In this document: piece after piece, positions 1-9,375 of the stretch
Numbering within the stretch: the first letter of the stretch is position 1
Layout: each line of letters starts with the position of its first letter
IMG/VR virus record: IMGVR_UViG_3300016472_000494
DNA from: a virus
Taxonomy: Duplodnaviria; Heunggongvirae; Uroviricota; Caudoviricetes
Reading direction: 5' to 3' (one strand)
DNA: 64,000 bases
Made by a program: the position numbers and the translations under genes
The notes under the pieces: model-generated
What the model was told of the DNA's origin: nothing
The model's input: the letters and a program-made list of their open reading frames with translations, nothing else
Databases searched by the model: none

Positions 1-14
1 TTGCGCTATACAGA

Positions 15-1748
15 ATGCAATGGTGGGGTGGTTATCCAGCAGGTAGAAGAAATTTATATACTACAACAGAGTTTGGAAATGCTATATTTCCAGGAACTCT
101 TACTGCAACAGGTTTAGGAGGAAGTTTACTAAGTTCTGCAACACCTCAAGCAATAGGTACTGCTGCTGCAGGAACATCTACTATTCCCGCACGCCAAGAC
201 CACGTTCATCCAACAACAGGTCTTGCATTACTTGCTGGTTCTACATTTACAGGTCAAATTATATCAACACGTGCAAATGATGTAACGACGGGTGCTGCTC
301 AAATTTATTTGAACGGTGCTAGTGGTAACAGAATTGACTTTAATGCAAATGGTACATCTGCGCCAACATTTACAACCAGAAGTACTGGTACTAAAATAGT
401 ATTAAATCCTTCAATAACTACTAACTCTGTAGATACAGCAATTGGCTACTTAAGTGATGCAGGTGGTCCTGCAATGTGGTTTTCAACAGTAAGTAACGTC
501 AGTGGACGTTTTGCTTTCTTTGGTGGTCAAACAGAAGTTTTCAGAATAGCTGCTACAGGGCAAATTCAATTCTCTGCAGGCACAGCGGCATTACCTGTAA
601 TATCTGCAGGTTTGGCAAACAGCGGTGATTCAAATACTGGTATTTATTTTCCAGCTGCAGACACCATAGGTTTTGTTGAAGGAGGCGCTGAAGCAATGCG
701 TTTAGATGCTAATGCAAGATTGAATTTAACTGCTGGCACCGCTGCAAATCCTATTATCAACGCTGGTCTAAATAGTTCTGACACTGACACTGGTATATAT
801 TTTCCAGCTGCAAATTCTGTATCTATTTCTACAGGTGGAACAGAACGTTTCAATGTTAACAGTAGTGGTATTCCTACATTTACTTATGCTGATAATACTT
901 TTCAAGGTGTCAACATTAGAAATACATCAAATACCTCTAATGCACTAAATGGTTTGACCATTTATGATTCTGCCAATACAGCAGTAGGTCAGTTTAATTA
1001 TGTAAACAGTGTTTTTGCAAATGGTGCTTTACAAAATACAGTATTAATCAACAGTGTTGGTGATGTAAAGTTAGGTTTTGTGGCTAGCAACAACATTTCT
1101 GCTAGCACAAATTCTGACATTTACTTTCAAGCAGGGGTAACAACAGCTGGAAGAATGATCTATGTAGCAGGTCAAGCTGCTATGGTAGGCATTGGAATGG
1201 GTGCTACAGTACCTTCTGCAGCAAGATTGCAAGTAAGGGGTTCAGGATCTACTTCATCAACAACGACATTACATGTAGAAAACTCAGCAGCCACTGCTAG
1301 TTTGACAATCATGGATGATGGTCAGATTAGGGTAGGTGCCGGTTCAGTGTCACTTCCAGTAATATCAGCAGGCTTAAACAGTTCTGACACAAATACTGGC
1401 ATATACTTTCCAGCAGCTGATGCAATTGCTTTTGCAACAAATGGAATAAGAAGAGTAAGAATGGACAACACAGGTGTTGGTGTTCATACAGATCCTTCAG
1501 CGCATATACATTTGTCTACAGATCCTGCCACAAGCAAATGGCTCAGAATTGATGCTACAAGAAGCGCGCTGGCTCCAGATGAAAGAAACAACGGTGCACC
1601 TAATACTGGTGTAGGATCACTTGTAAATAATGGTAAGTATCTTGCTGAACCTAATTATTGGATGGAAATATACTTAGGAACAGTCAAAGTGTTAGTACCG
1701 TGCTATACAGAAGGATGTGGCGACTGTTCATTGCCTGGAGATCCATAA
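15..1748 (+). CDS. tail fibre / receptor-binding-like structural protein with internal repeats (upstream start may lie outside the window)
   Basis: 577-aa ORF, Gly/Thr/Ser/Asn/Ala-rich; three ~30-aa repeats P(V/I)I(S/N)AGL(A/N)(N/S)S(G)D(S/T)(N/D)TGIYFPAA(D/N) at nt ~590-690, 740-840, 1350-1440; composition typical of phage fibres. Confidence 0.5.
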   Translation: MQWWGGYPAGRRNLYTTTEFGNAIFPGTLTATGLGGSLLSSATPQAIGTAAAGTSTIPARQDHVHPTTGLALLAGSTFTGQIISTRANDVTTGAAQIYLNGASGNRIDFNANGTSAPTFTTRSTGTKIVLNPSITTNSVDTAIGYLSDAGGPAMWFSTVSNVSGRFAFFGGQTEVFRIAATGQIQFSAGTAALPVISAGLANSGDSNTGIYFPAADTIGFVEGGAEAMRLDANARLNLTAGTAANPIINAGLNSSDTDTGIYFPAANSVSISTGGTERFNVNSSGIPTFTYADNTFQGVNIRNTSNTSNALNGLTIYDSANTAVGQFNYVNSVFANGALQNTVLINSVGDVKLGFVASNNISASTNSDIYFQAGVTTAGRMIYVAGQAAMVGIGMGATVPSAARLQVRGSGSTSSTTTLHVENSAATASLTIMDDGQIRVGAGSVSLPVISAGLNSSDTNTGIYFPAADAIAFATNGIRRVRMDNTGVGVHTDPSAHIHLSTDPATSKWLRIDATRSALAPDERNNGAPNTGVGSLVNNGKYLAEPNYWMEIYLGTVKVLVPCYTEGCGDCSLPGDP

Positions 1749-1780
1749 ACTTTAGTTAATTTTTTAAAGCAAAAAAAAAC

Positions 1781-2113
1781 ATGGCTTTACAAGCAACATC
1801 ATCTCTTAAGTATAATCATGGAACTTATGAGAGCCCATATTTTCGCTTGGTGTTACACCTGAGCATCAACGGTAATGAAACACCTGTAGACTGCATCATG
1901 TACTCTTCTAAAGAAGATTACACAGATAATGCAGTTCCTATTACAGTGTTGCCGTTTTATATTGCAAATCAAGAACTGAGTGCATCAAACAATGCTCACG
2001 GAGTTGTTAACAAGTTTTTGCTTGAAGTAACCAAAAGAACAAAGTTTCTGTTAGAAGAAATGTTTTCAGGTGTAACTTTTGAAATTACAGGAATCCCTTT
2101 AGAAGGAGAGTAA
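1781..2113 (+). CDS. hypothetical protein
   Basis: 110-aa ORF co-oriented with flanking + genes; no recognisable motif. Confidence 0.4.
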   Translation: MALQATSSLKYNHGTYESPYFRLVLHLSINGNETPVDCIMYSSKEDYTDNAVPITVLPFYIANQELSASNNAHGVVNKFLLEVTKRTKFLLEEMFSGVTFEITGIPLEGE

Positions 2114-2129
2114 CTAATCCAATAACTTA

Positions 2130-2270
2130 ATGAAAGCTAAAACATCAACTTTGTCTACTTTTAGCAAACGACCAAAGGTTTCACGTCCTGGTGTTCATGC
2201 AAAGACAAAACAAAGCCGCGGAAAAGGTAGTAGAAACTACAAAAAACCTTATAGAGGTCAAGGAAAATAG
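2130..2270 (+). CDS. small highly basic protein (46 aa), hypothetical
   Basis: ATG 2130 to TAG 2268-2270; MKAKTSTLSTFSKRPKVSRPGVHAKTKQSRGKGSRNYKKPYRGQGK, ~35% K/R; below the 60-aa ORF-track cutoff. Confidence 0.25.
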   Translation: MKAKTSTLSTFSKRPKVSRPGVHAKTKQSRGKGSRNYKKPYRGQGK

Positions 2271-2278
2271 TTGCATGA

Positions 2279-2305
2279 TCTACAAAATGTAGTTATCTTT
2301 GTAGA
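2279..2305. promoter_or_regulatory. palindromic promoter-like element TCTACAAA-N11-TTTGTAGA containing Bacteroidetes-type -7 box TATCTTTG (2294-2301) 23 nt upstream of the ATG at 2324
   Basis: tctacaaaatgtagttatctttgtaga; the two 8-mers are exact reverse complements; TAnnTTTG consensus. Confidence 0.45.
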
Positions 2306-2323
2306 GTTTAAACACTCATTATT

Positions 2324-2773
2324 ATGGCCAAAAATAAAAAAACCAAACTTACAGTTCAACAATTACGTGATATTCATGTAGAACTGAATGGTAATCCTAC
2401 ATCAGGTGTGAAAGGATTGCTTCAAGAAAAACTTCCTTTTGTGCTTAAATTCCACATCACTACTGTTGCAAAAATCGCTTCAGAGGTTTATACTACAACA
2501 GAAGAGATGCGTATTGAACTTGTCAATCAATATGGAAAGCTCAATGCAGGAGGATTCATCAATGTGGAAGCTACTGTTATTGAAAAAGGTAAAAAAGGCG
2601 AACCAGATAAAGAGGTTGTTAACCCTAACTACACCAAATTTGTCAAAGAATGGAATGACGTAGTGCAAGTTGAAAAGGAAGTTGAGCATCATGCGTTTAC
2701 TATTGAAGAGTTTGAGGGTCTGGAAACAGACGCAAACTATCCTGCGTTCTTCAGCTTGTTAGATTTGGGTTAA
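2324..2773 (+). CDS. hypothetical protein
   Basis: 149-aa ORF, preceded by TAnnTTTG element, followed by a hairpin terminator. Confidence 0.5.
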   Translation: MAKNKKTKLTVQQLRDIHVELNGNPTSGVKGLLQEKLPFVLKFHITTVAKIASEVYTTTEEMRIELVNQYGKLNAGGFINVEATVIEKGKKGEPDKEVVNPNYTKFVKEWNDVVQVEKEVEHHAFTIEEFEGLETDANYPAFFSLLDLG

Positions 2774-2796
2774 ATCACATCTGTTAAAAAAAAGAA

Positions 2797-2834
2797 AAGG
2801 GCCAAGAGTTTCTACTCAAGGCCCTTTTTCTTTT
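2797..2834. terminator. bidirectional rho-independent terminator between convergent genes
   Basis: 7-bp stem aagggcc(2797-2803)/ggccctt(2819-2825) followed by tttttctttt; the reverse strand has an A/T run as well. Confidence 0.6.
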
Positions 2835-2852
2835 GCACTTAATTGAACTGTC

Positions 2853-3473
2853 TTAAAGTTCAAACGCCTGGATAGTTTTTGCAAAAGGAGCTCCAGGTAT
2901 CTCCTTTACAAGTTTCAGCATCTGTTGTGCCAGTTCGCGTACTTCTTTCTGAGCATGCTCAGAGTTGCGCAGCTTCAGAAAATGCACAAAAGAACGCCAA
3001 TTAAACATAACATCCATAGTAATTTGAGAGTTCATTGTTTTAAAGAACCTAGCAGATTCTTTTGCTCTCTTTCTACCTAACATAGGAGTCATTACTTCTA
3101 GCGCTCTATGATATAGAGAGTTAGACATTCTAGTAAACTCTTCAAGAGAGTGTTGCCATTCTGCATCCCAATCTTCAGGAATGTATGTTTTATCTTCTTT
3201 TAGTTCTTTGTAACGGGCACTCTCTCCATTAATTGAAACACCAATACGGTGTTTGAGTAAGTGGATATGCGTTGCTTGGTCTACAGTAACCAAAAAGTGT
3301 AAACTAGATTTCTCAAAAGGTGTGTGATGACCTTCACTGGCCAGCATCTTAAGCAGCTTGTCAACCCGTTCCAGTTTTTCTTCAGACAAGTCCCTGGACG
3401 TACTGGTCCACGCTGACTGTGCGTGAACCAGGTCTGTCCCATAGTATCCTAAAAGTTCTACTGTGTTTCTCAT
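2853..3473 (-). CDS. thyX: flavin-dependent thymidylate synthase ThyX-like
   Basis: 206 aa; ThyX signature (R/K)HR-x7-8-S-x-R present as KHRIGVSINGESAR; lies within a nucleotide-metabolism block beside RNR genes. Confidence 0.6.
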   Translation of the reverse strand: MRNTVELLGYYGTDLVHAQSAWTSTSRDLSEEKLERVDKLLKMLASEGHHTPFEKSSLHFLVTVDQATHIHLLKHRIGVSINGESARYKELKEDKTYIPEDWDAEWQHSLEEFTRMSNSLYHRALEVMTPMLGRKRAKESARFFKTMNSQITMDVMFNWRSFVHFLKLRNSEHAQKEVRELAQQMLKLVKEIPGAPFAKTIQAFEL

Positions 3474-3868
3474 GGCAGAGGTATTACAACAGCAGGGATG
3501 TCTTTAAGAAGATCGTAAAAATACTTGAGCTCATCATCTGTCAGGAATCTGACGCGCTTGGTAATTTCTTCTAGAGTCACTGTGCAGTCTGTGCTTTCAC
3601 CGGTTTCTGGGTCAACGCCCAGCATTAGAGCGTTGCCCAGCAGTGGTTGTGAAGGATAGAAATCTGCCCAGAAACCTCCTGGTATATCAGAAATATCTTT
3701 AAGTAGTGCTTCGTCGTCTACAATCAGATCATCTGTAACAGTAGGATCTTGAGAATATGCTACTGTAATGACTCTGACGTCCAGTGTTTTGTACAACTCT
3801 TCAAGACCAGGGTTAATGTCTATTTGTTCAACGCGCTTGTCGCGGGCGTTGATAAAAATTGCTTTCAT
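3470..3868 (-). CDS. hypothetical protein (start trimmed to internal ATG at 3868 to avoid out-of-frame overlap with upstream gene)
   Basis: track ORF 3470..4051 overlaps 3888..4505 in a different frame; the internal Met (MKAIFINARD...) gives a 132-aa product beginning 20 nt after the upstream stop. Confidence 0.4.
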   Translation of the reverse strand: MKAIFINARDKRVEQIDINPGLEELYKTLDVRVITVAYSQDPTVTDDLIVDDEALLKDISDIPGGFWADFYPSQPLLGNALMLGVDPETGESTDCTVTLEEITKRVRFLTDDELKYFYDLLKDIPAVVIPLP

Positions 3869-3887
3869 AAAGTGTTTGTGTTTTTGT

Positions 3888-4505
3888 TTAAGGCCCAAAG
3901 TAATGATAGCCTGAAGAAACTTCAGTGTCATTACCTTCAACAATGTTGTAGCACATTGTGGCCAAGGTTGATGTTGTTGTTTTACTCTTGTCATCTTTTT
4001 TGATGAAGTACTTGGAGGTTTGCATGTAGGTGAACCCTGTAGCTTCATCAAAGGTGCTTACGTATTTTTCTGTGGCCTGGAATACGTGTTCCCAGGTGTA
4101 CTCAGGATACTCTTTAAAGAACCACATAAAGCGATCCATCAGCTCACGCGGATTGGTGCGAAAGCTCACAGAGGAACCTTCTTTCTTGCCTTTAGGAAAC
4201 ATTTCATTGTACCTGACAACATTGTCTTCCCAGTCCTGCAAGTTAATAGCTTTCTTGGCGCGCTTCATTTTTGTCAAAACATGTTCTGCTTCTCTGAGTA
4301 GGTGCAGGCCTTTTTCTGTGACCTTGTAAATGATACTGACACCAGTATTCTCCTTGCGAAGATGACCGGTGATCTCCAGCCTGTACTGCTCATGGTTAAA
4401 GTTGACATAGTTAGGATACATGTACGAGCAGTGCGTACAATGTAGAACAAACAGCCCGTTGGGACTGACCTTGTTCTTTACCAGAAAATCATATAGCTCT
4501 TTCAT
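3888..4505 (-). CDS. hypothetical protein
   Basis: 205-aa ORF in a co-directional gene string; no recognisable motif. Confidence 0.5.
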   Translation of the reverse strand: MKELYDFLVKNKVSPNGLFVLHCTHCSYMYPNYVNFNHEQYRLEITGHLRKENTGVSIIYKVTEKGLHLLREAEHVLTKMKRAKKAINLQDWEDNVVRYNEMFPKGKKEGSSVSFRTNPRELMDRFMWFFKEYPEYTWEHVFQATEKYVSTFDEATGFTYMQTSKYFIKKDDKSKTTTSTLATMCYNIVEGNDTEVSSGYHYFGP

Positions 4506-4526
4506 AGTGTTGGTTTGAATTAAAAC

Positions 4527-6182
4527 TTATCCTGCACAGCTTTCGCAGGACAAAATATCCCTGGCAAACTCCTGGGCTGCGTTTTGACCAAGTTGGTAGT
4601 AAAGGGTCTTTACTCCCAGTTCATGGGCTTTCAACAGCAGCGTGTTTACATCTCTGGTTGCTGTCTGAGGATGTATCATCAGATTCAGACTCTGTCCCTG
4701 GTCAATGTACTTCTGACGGGCGGCAGCCTGGATGATAATCTCCATTTGAGAGATCTCCATGAAGGTTCTGAAAACAGGTTTTTCATGATCGCTCAAGAAA
4801 TCCAGGTGCTGCACAGATCCTGCGCGCTGAAGAATGGACTCCCAGACTTCAAAGTTGTCTTTGCCTTTTTGCTCAAGCAGTTGTTTTAGATAGGGGTTCT
4901 TGACAGCATGCTTGACCTTGGCGGTCTTCTTGATATAGTAGTTAGAGGTATAGGGTTCAACAGACTGTGACTGCTGGCCCATAATAAACGACGACGAGGT
5001 GTTAGGTGCAACAGCTGTAAGTGTTGTGTGTCGTCTTCCATAGCCTGCAAGTATTTCTGGTTCACCAAAGCGTTCTGCCATTTCTTTAGACGCAGCCCAT
5101 GCCTGGGTCTGAATTGTCTTGAAAATCTGCACGTTGATCATCTTGGCTTCCATAGACTCAAAAGGAACCATCTTGCTCTGCAGGTAAGAGTGATAACCAG
5201 AGGCGCCAATGCCAATAGCGCGGTGGCGTCTGGCAAAACGAATGGCGCGCTCAATAAATGGGGTGTCTTTGTAGCGGTTGATAAACTCTTCCAGTACAGC
5301 ATCAGCAATATAGACAGCCACGCCGACCGCGTCAGTGTCTTTCCACTCATCAAACTTTACCAGGTTCATACCTACCAGATCACATACAAAAGTTTCTTGT
5401 TCTGTAGAGGGAAGCAGGATCTCCGTGCACATGTTGGAAGAGTTGACCATCATCTTTTTGTCTTTGTAAACGTCTACAGTATTGTTGTTTACGTTGTCTG
5501 TAAAGAAGATGTATGGGAAACCTGTCCTGTTGCGGGAGTCAAGCACCATGGCCCAAAGCTCACGCTTGTCCATGTCACCAGCTTTCATATCTTCAATCCA
5601 CTTGTCAGAAACACAAACGCCAAAAGGAAAACGCTGCAGTTTGTGTCCTTCACCGTTGATCCTCAAAAAATCTTTAATGTCACCGTGGGTGATGTCAAGA
5701 TAAGCGGCAAACTCTCCTCGTCTGACGTTGCCTTGTGAGATGACATTCTTAGTGATGTCAAACATTTGCATAAAGTGTACAGCCCCGTGGGTCTCCCCGC
5801 CGGTTGAAATAGCAGTACCTGCAGGACGCAGTTCACCAAAGTAGCCAGAGGTGCCTCCGCCAATCTTGCAAAGCATACCTACTTCAGCATTGGCTCTGAC
5901 AATAGACTCAATGCTATCAGAAATATGCGTGTTAAAGCAGGAGATGCCAGAGCCACGGTTGGTGCCAGCGTTGGACCACACTGGTGAAGGCAACACATAG
6001 TAACCGCATCTGATGTAGTCTTTGACTTTTGCTCTGAGTGTTTCATCATTGAACGTATCACCCACCATATTACCTATGGATTCTATTCTGTCTTCAATAC
6101 TTTCATTATTGTGAAAATATCCTCGCCCCATAAATTCTTGACTGAGGGGTGTATACCAGTCCATGTAAGTTGTTGTTGTCAT
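4527..6182 (-). CDS. nrdA: ribonucleotide reductase large (alpha) subunit, short form without N-terminal ATP-cone
   Basis: 551 aa; conserved RNR alpha blocks (NTHISDSIESIVRANAEVGMLCKIGGGTSGYFGELRPAGTAIS...) and a C-terminal CxxC pair (CESCAG); immediately upstream of an NrdB-like gene. Confidence 0.8.
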   Translation of the reverse strand: MTTTTYMDWYTPLSQEFMGRGYFHNNESIEDRIESIGNMVGDTFNDETLRAKVKDYIRCGYYVLPSPVWSNAGTNRGSGISCFNTHISDSIESIVRANAEVGMLCKIGGGTSGYFGELRPAGTAISTGGETHGAVHFMQMFDITKNVISQGNVRRGEFAAYLDITHGDIKDFLRINGEGHKLQRFPFGVCVSDKWIEDMKAGDMDKRELWAMVLDSRNRTGFPYIFFTDNVNNNTVDVYKDKKMMVNSSNMCTEILLPSTEQETFVCDLVGMNLVKFDEWKDTDAVGVAVYIADAVLEEFINRYKDTPFIERAIRFARRHRAIGIGASGYHSYLQSKMVPFESMEAKMINVQIFKTIQTQAWAASKEMAERFGEPEILAGYGRRHTTLTAVAPNTSSSFIMGQQSQSVEPYTSNYYIKKTAKVKHAVKNPYLKQLLEQKGKDNFEVWESILQRAGSVQHLDFLSDHEKPVFRTFMEISQMEIIIQAAARQKYIDQGQSLNLMIHPQTATRDVNTLLLKAHELGVKTLYYQLGQNAAQEFARDILSCESCAG

Positions 6183-6184
6183 GA

Positions 6185-7231
6185 TTAAAAAAGGTCTTTA
6201 CTTGTAATAGATTTTTGAAACTTGGTGTAATTGGTTCCTTGAGTGTTAAAAAAGTCATTGCGTACATAGCCATAGATAGCTTCTACCATCCAGTAAAGTT
6301 CACTAAGCAAGTCCTGGTCAATCTCAAAAAGCTCCTCACCACCAATAGCAACAAGCGATGAGTTGAAACGCGACTTGATAAACTCAATAACAGCAGCCTT
6401 AGAGATAGAGTCTATCTCACCTTGCTCAAAGATCCAGTCAATGATGCGAACCTCGGCGTCAAAAGCTTTGTGACAAGCACGGTAGATCTTCTGATAGAAG
6501 TCTTCATCAAACCACTCAGGGTACTCTTTTTTGATTAGGTTGATCACGTGCATGCCCAGCTGAGCGTGAATGATCTCTTCTTTCATGGTAGCTTCAATGA
6601 CAGTGTCAACTTCTTTGAGCAGATTCTTCTTTTCAATAAAAGACTTGACAATGGCAAATTGTGAAAACAGTGATACGTTCTCAATAAACATGGAGAATAG
6701 GGCCAGGTTCAGGGTGTAAACCTGCTTTGCGTTTTCTCCTGAGTTTTTTAGGTATTTGGTCAAATACTCTACGCGGCCCCCAATGACAGGGTTTTGCAGG
6801 AGCATGTCAAATTCGTCGTTCAGACCCAGTACCTCCAGCAGCTTGCTGTATGCTTCTGAATGAACGACCTCGTTTTCTGCAAAGGTTATCCCTACAGAGT
6901 TAAATTCAGGCTTGGGAATGTGTTCTCCCAGCTTGGCCCAGAATGTTTTTACAGATACTTCTATCTGTGATATAGCCAATAAGGTTCTCTTTATAGCCTC
7001 TTTTTCGCGAGGTCTAAGTTTGTGTTTAAAATCAAAGGCGTCAGAGTCAAAATTGAACTCTTCTACGTCCCAACGACTGTGCTTGATAGCTTCCCTGAAC
7101 TTTATTATTTCAGGGTACTCATATGGCTTGAAAGCCACACGTTTGTCAAAAATTCCCATATATGTTAAATTTAGTTGAATATGTAAGCTGTTACATTTCA
7201 AAGGCTTGTTTTGAAAAAGCGCTAATGGCAA
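6185..7231 (-). CDS. nrdB: ribonucleotide reductase small (beta) subunit, di-iron ferritin-like
   Basis: 348 aa; iron-ligand motifs EVVHSEAYS and EEIIHAQLGMH, ferritin-like helices; adjacent to the RNR alpha gene. Confidence 0.8.
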   Translation of the reverse strand: MPLALFQNKPLKCNSLHIQLNLTYMGIFDKRVAFKPYEYPEIIKFREAIKHSRWDVEEFNFDSDAFDFKHKLRPREKEAIKRTLLAISQIEVSVKTFWAKLGEHIPKPEFNSVGITFAENEVVHSEAYSKLLEVLGLNDEFDMLLQNPVIGGRVEYLTKYLKNSGENAKQVYTLNLALFSMFIENVSLFSQFAIVKSFIEKKNLLKEVDTVIEATMKEEIIHAQLGMHVINLIKKEYPEWFDEDFYQKIYRACHKAFDAEVRIIDWIFEQGEIDSISKAAVIEFIKSRFNSSLVAIGGEELFEIDQDLLSELYWMVEAIYGYVRNDFFNTQGTNYTKFQKSITSKDLF

Positions 7232-7486
7232 AAAAACCTGGTAAAGCTTTCACTTTCCAGGTCATTTAATATGCAGGGCAAGAGAGTTGCCTACCCTAAT
7301 AAGTTACTAAAAACTGTAGCAATTGCCAAGAACTTTAGAACCAAAAAACAGCTCTGAGTAATCAGGGTTACAAATATCGCACAAATGTGTAGACCATCAA
7401 AATAAAATGCAGACTTTTTGGTCACAGATCTACAAAATAGTGTATATTATTAGTGAGGGTGGTAATGATATTGACTGTGCGTTTTT

Positions 7487-7551
7487 TGATATTATCAACT
7501 TATGCAAAATTTACAAGTTTTGATATTTTTAACTTATGCAAAATTTACAAA
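7487..7551 (+). repeat. tandem direct repeat (2 x 31 bp, 4-bp spacer) duplicating the promoter-proximal region and start codon of gene 7536
   Basis: copy 1 tgatattatcaacttatgcaaaatttacaag (7487-7517), copy 2 tgatatttttaacttatgcaaaatttacaaa (7521-7551); copy 2 contains the ATG at 7536, copy 1 creates an out-of-frame 27-codon uORF from 7502. Confidence 0.6.
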
Positions 7552-7880
7552 ATCACCCAAAAGAACAAGTTATTTCAGCCCTTAAGGAGTGGGCAAGCCC
7601 TGTTTTAATAGGAATTGTAGGGATGCTGCTGTGGCGCGATATCACAGAAATGCGGGCAGATATAAAGCTTCTGCTGACACAACAAAGCGCTGACAGAGTC
7701 AAGATAGAACAGCTGGAATATGACGTTAAATTACTTAAAGAACTGTATATGACAAGCGCTCGCACTGACGGTACATCCAGGACACCTTTTCAAGAACTGC
7801 CGTTGTTAGAACGACAACCTGCGTTTATTCAAAGAGATGAGGAACTGTATGTAAATAACAAGCACAAAAACAAAAAATGA
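7536..7880 (+). CDS. type-II membrane protein with periplasmic coiled coil (i-spanin-like or holin-associated), first gene of lysis cassette
   Basis: 114 aa; single TM VLIGIVGMLLW then heptad-like DIKLLLTQQSADRVKIEQLEYDVKLLKEL; basic C-terminus; ATGA overlap with the next gene. Confidence 0.4.
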   Translation: MQNLQNHPKEQVISALKEWASPVLIGIVGMLLWRDITEMRADIKLLLTQQSADRVKIEQLEYDVKLLKELYMTSARTDGTSRTPFQELPLLERQPAFIQRDEELYVNNKHKNKK

Positions 7881-8152
7881 ATAAGTTTATCAATTGGCTA
7901 CATGACTTGACAAAAGACGAGCGAGAAAACGTGTCTGTCAAGCCTGTAATCGCCATTATGGGTGCTGTGTTTCTCTGCGCAATAATGACTATCAACTGTA
8001 TTATAGATCCTGCTATCAAACCTGCGGATGTTCTTGTTGACGCCGTGGTTATTATTACAGCTATAGGAATGGGTGCTGACTCTTTTGACAAGTTTTCTCT
8101 CAGAGGAAAAGCATCTTTGACAAAAAAACCAAAATCAACTTCAGAAGAATGA
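7877..8152 (+). CDS. holin-like small membrane protein (2 TM)
   Basis: 91 aa; two hydrophobic helices (VIAIMGAVFLCAIMTINCII, VLVDAVVIITAIGMGA) and a charged C-terminal tail; start and stop overlap neighbouring genes. Confidence 0.45.
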   Translation: MNKFINWLHDLTKDERENVSVKPVIAIMGAVFLCAIMTINCIIDPAIKPADVLVDAVVIITAIGMGADSFDKFSLRGKASLTKKPKSTSEE

Positions 8153-8760
8153 ACAAATATAGCTTTGGCATCATTGTTTTTTTAATACTCATTATTTTTC
8201 TTCAGCGCAGCTGTAGACCAAAACAAAGTCCTTGCCCAGACACAGAACCATATACAGAAGTAATTGTTGACACACAGTATGTTTATAGGGACACTGTGAT
8301 CATCAAGTATGTTACTCTAATAAAAAGGGACACTATTCCTGTACCAGGTGATACAGTATTTCTTCCAGACAGCTGCTACGACTCTTTAAAGCTGCAGTTT
8401 GAATCTCTTGCCAGAAACTATGTTGCCAGAAATATTTACAGAGATACGCTGACACTTGACTCCATTGGACATGTGATACTTTATGATACTATACAATACA
8501 ACAGGTTAAGACAACACACTTACAAACTTTCATATGTAATTCCAACAATTACAAAAACGGTAGCTCTTCCTCCAAAAAGACAACTCTATGCCGGTGGAGG
8601 TCTTTCTGTAAACACAGCTCTTGATGATTTAAGCATTCAGGCAGGTCTTATGTACAAGAATAAGAAAGACCAGATGTACGGTGTGTATATTCTTTCTGAC
8701 GGTAAAAGACCTGCACAGGTTGGTGTTTCAAGTTACTGGAAAATTTCCTTAAAAAAATAA
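8149..8760 (+). CDS. secreted / lipoprotein-like protein (o-spanin or lysis accessory candidate)
   Basis: 203 aa; N-terminal signal peptide MNKYSFGIIVFLILIIFLQRSC with Cys at the end of the hydrophobic core; between holin-like and endolysin genes. Confidence 0.35.
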   Translation: MNKYSFGIIVFLILIIFLQRSCRPKQSPCPDTEPYTEVIVDTQYVYRDTVIIKYVTLIKRDTIPVPGDTVFLPDSCYDSLKLQFESLARNYVARNIYRDTLTLDSIGHVILYDTIQYNRLRQHTYKLSYVIPTITKTVALPPKRQLYAGGGLSVNTALDDLSIQAGLMYKNKKDQMYGVYILSDGKRPAQVGVSSYWKISLKK

Positions 8761-8763
8761 TCT

Positions 8764-9297
8764 ATGAAACTTCCTAAAAATCTTTCATGGCTTAGTCAAG
8801 AACCTGCACCAAGACACTTACTTAAAGCTGTAGAGCTATATGGTACTGAAGAAATTGTAGGGCCTAAGCACAATCCTGTAATAATGGGTTGGGCTAAAGA
8901 AACAGGTCTTCAAAGCATGTATACCAGTGATGAAGTTGCTTGGTGTGGTTTATTTATGGCAGTTGTGATGCACAGAGCTGGAAGGCCAGTTCCCTCTATA
9001 CCTCTCAGAGCACTTGCCTGGAATAGTTTTGGTGTGCAAGTAGATCCACAAAATGCAATGCTTGCAGATGTTTTGACGTTTACTCGCAAAGGCGGCGGGC
9101 ATGTTGGCATTTATATTGGTGAGGATACTAGCGCGTATCATGTGCTAGGTGGAAACCAAGGAAACAAGGTATCTATAGTGCGTATAGACAAAGCAAGACT
9201 CTCACAAGTCAGACGTCCTTTATACAACAGTATTCCTGAGAATATCAGAAAAATACACCTTGCTTCTAATGGCAGCTTGTCTGTCAATGAAGCATAA
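8764..9297 (+). CDS. endolysin, CHAP / NlpC-P60-like peptidoglycan hydrolase (phage TIGR02594-type)
   Basis: 177 aa; catalytic Cys context AWCGLFM and His context GGGHVGIYIG, HVLGGNQGN block; position at the end of the lysis cassette. Confidence 0.7.
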   Translation: MKLPKNLSWLSQEPAPRHLLKAVELYGTEEIVGPKHNPVIMGWAKETGLQSMYTSDEVAWCGLFMAVVMHRAGRPVPSIPLRALAWNSFGVQVDPQNAMLADVLTFTRKGGGHVGIYIGEDTSAYHVLGGNQGNKVSIVRIDKARLSQVRRPLYNSIPENIRKIHLASNGSLSVNEA

Positions 9298-9344
9298 AGA
9301 TATACTACCAGAGGTAGTTGGTTATTTCTTTCTTCTGTTCAGAA

Positions 9345-9375
9345 AGGCCCCCTTATTCAGGGGGCTTTTCGTTTT
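9345..9375. terminator. hairpin terminator between convergent genes
   Basis: gccccc(9347-9352) ttattca gggggc(9360-9365) followed by ttttcgtttt. Confidence 0.5.

Noticed and set aside
5028-5738. 236-aa + strand ORF (and several 60-100-aa ORFs at 4584-6061) inside the RNR alpha gene
   Set aside because: Antisense to a well-supported conserved gene; low-complexity, Cys/His-poor, shadow ORFs typical of the opposite strand of a coding region.
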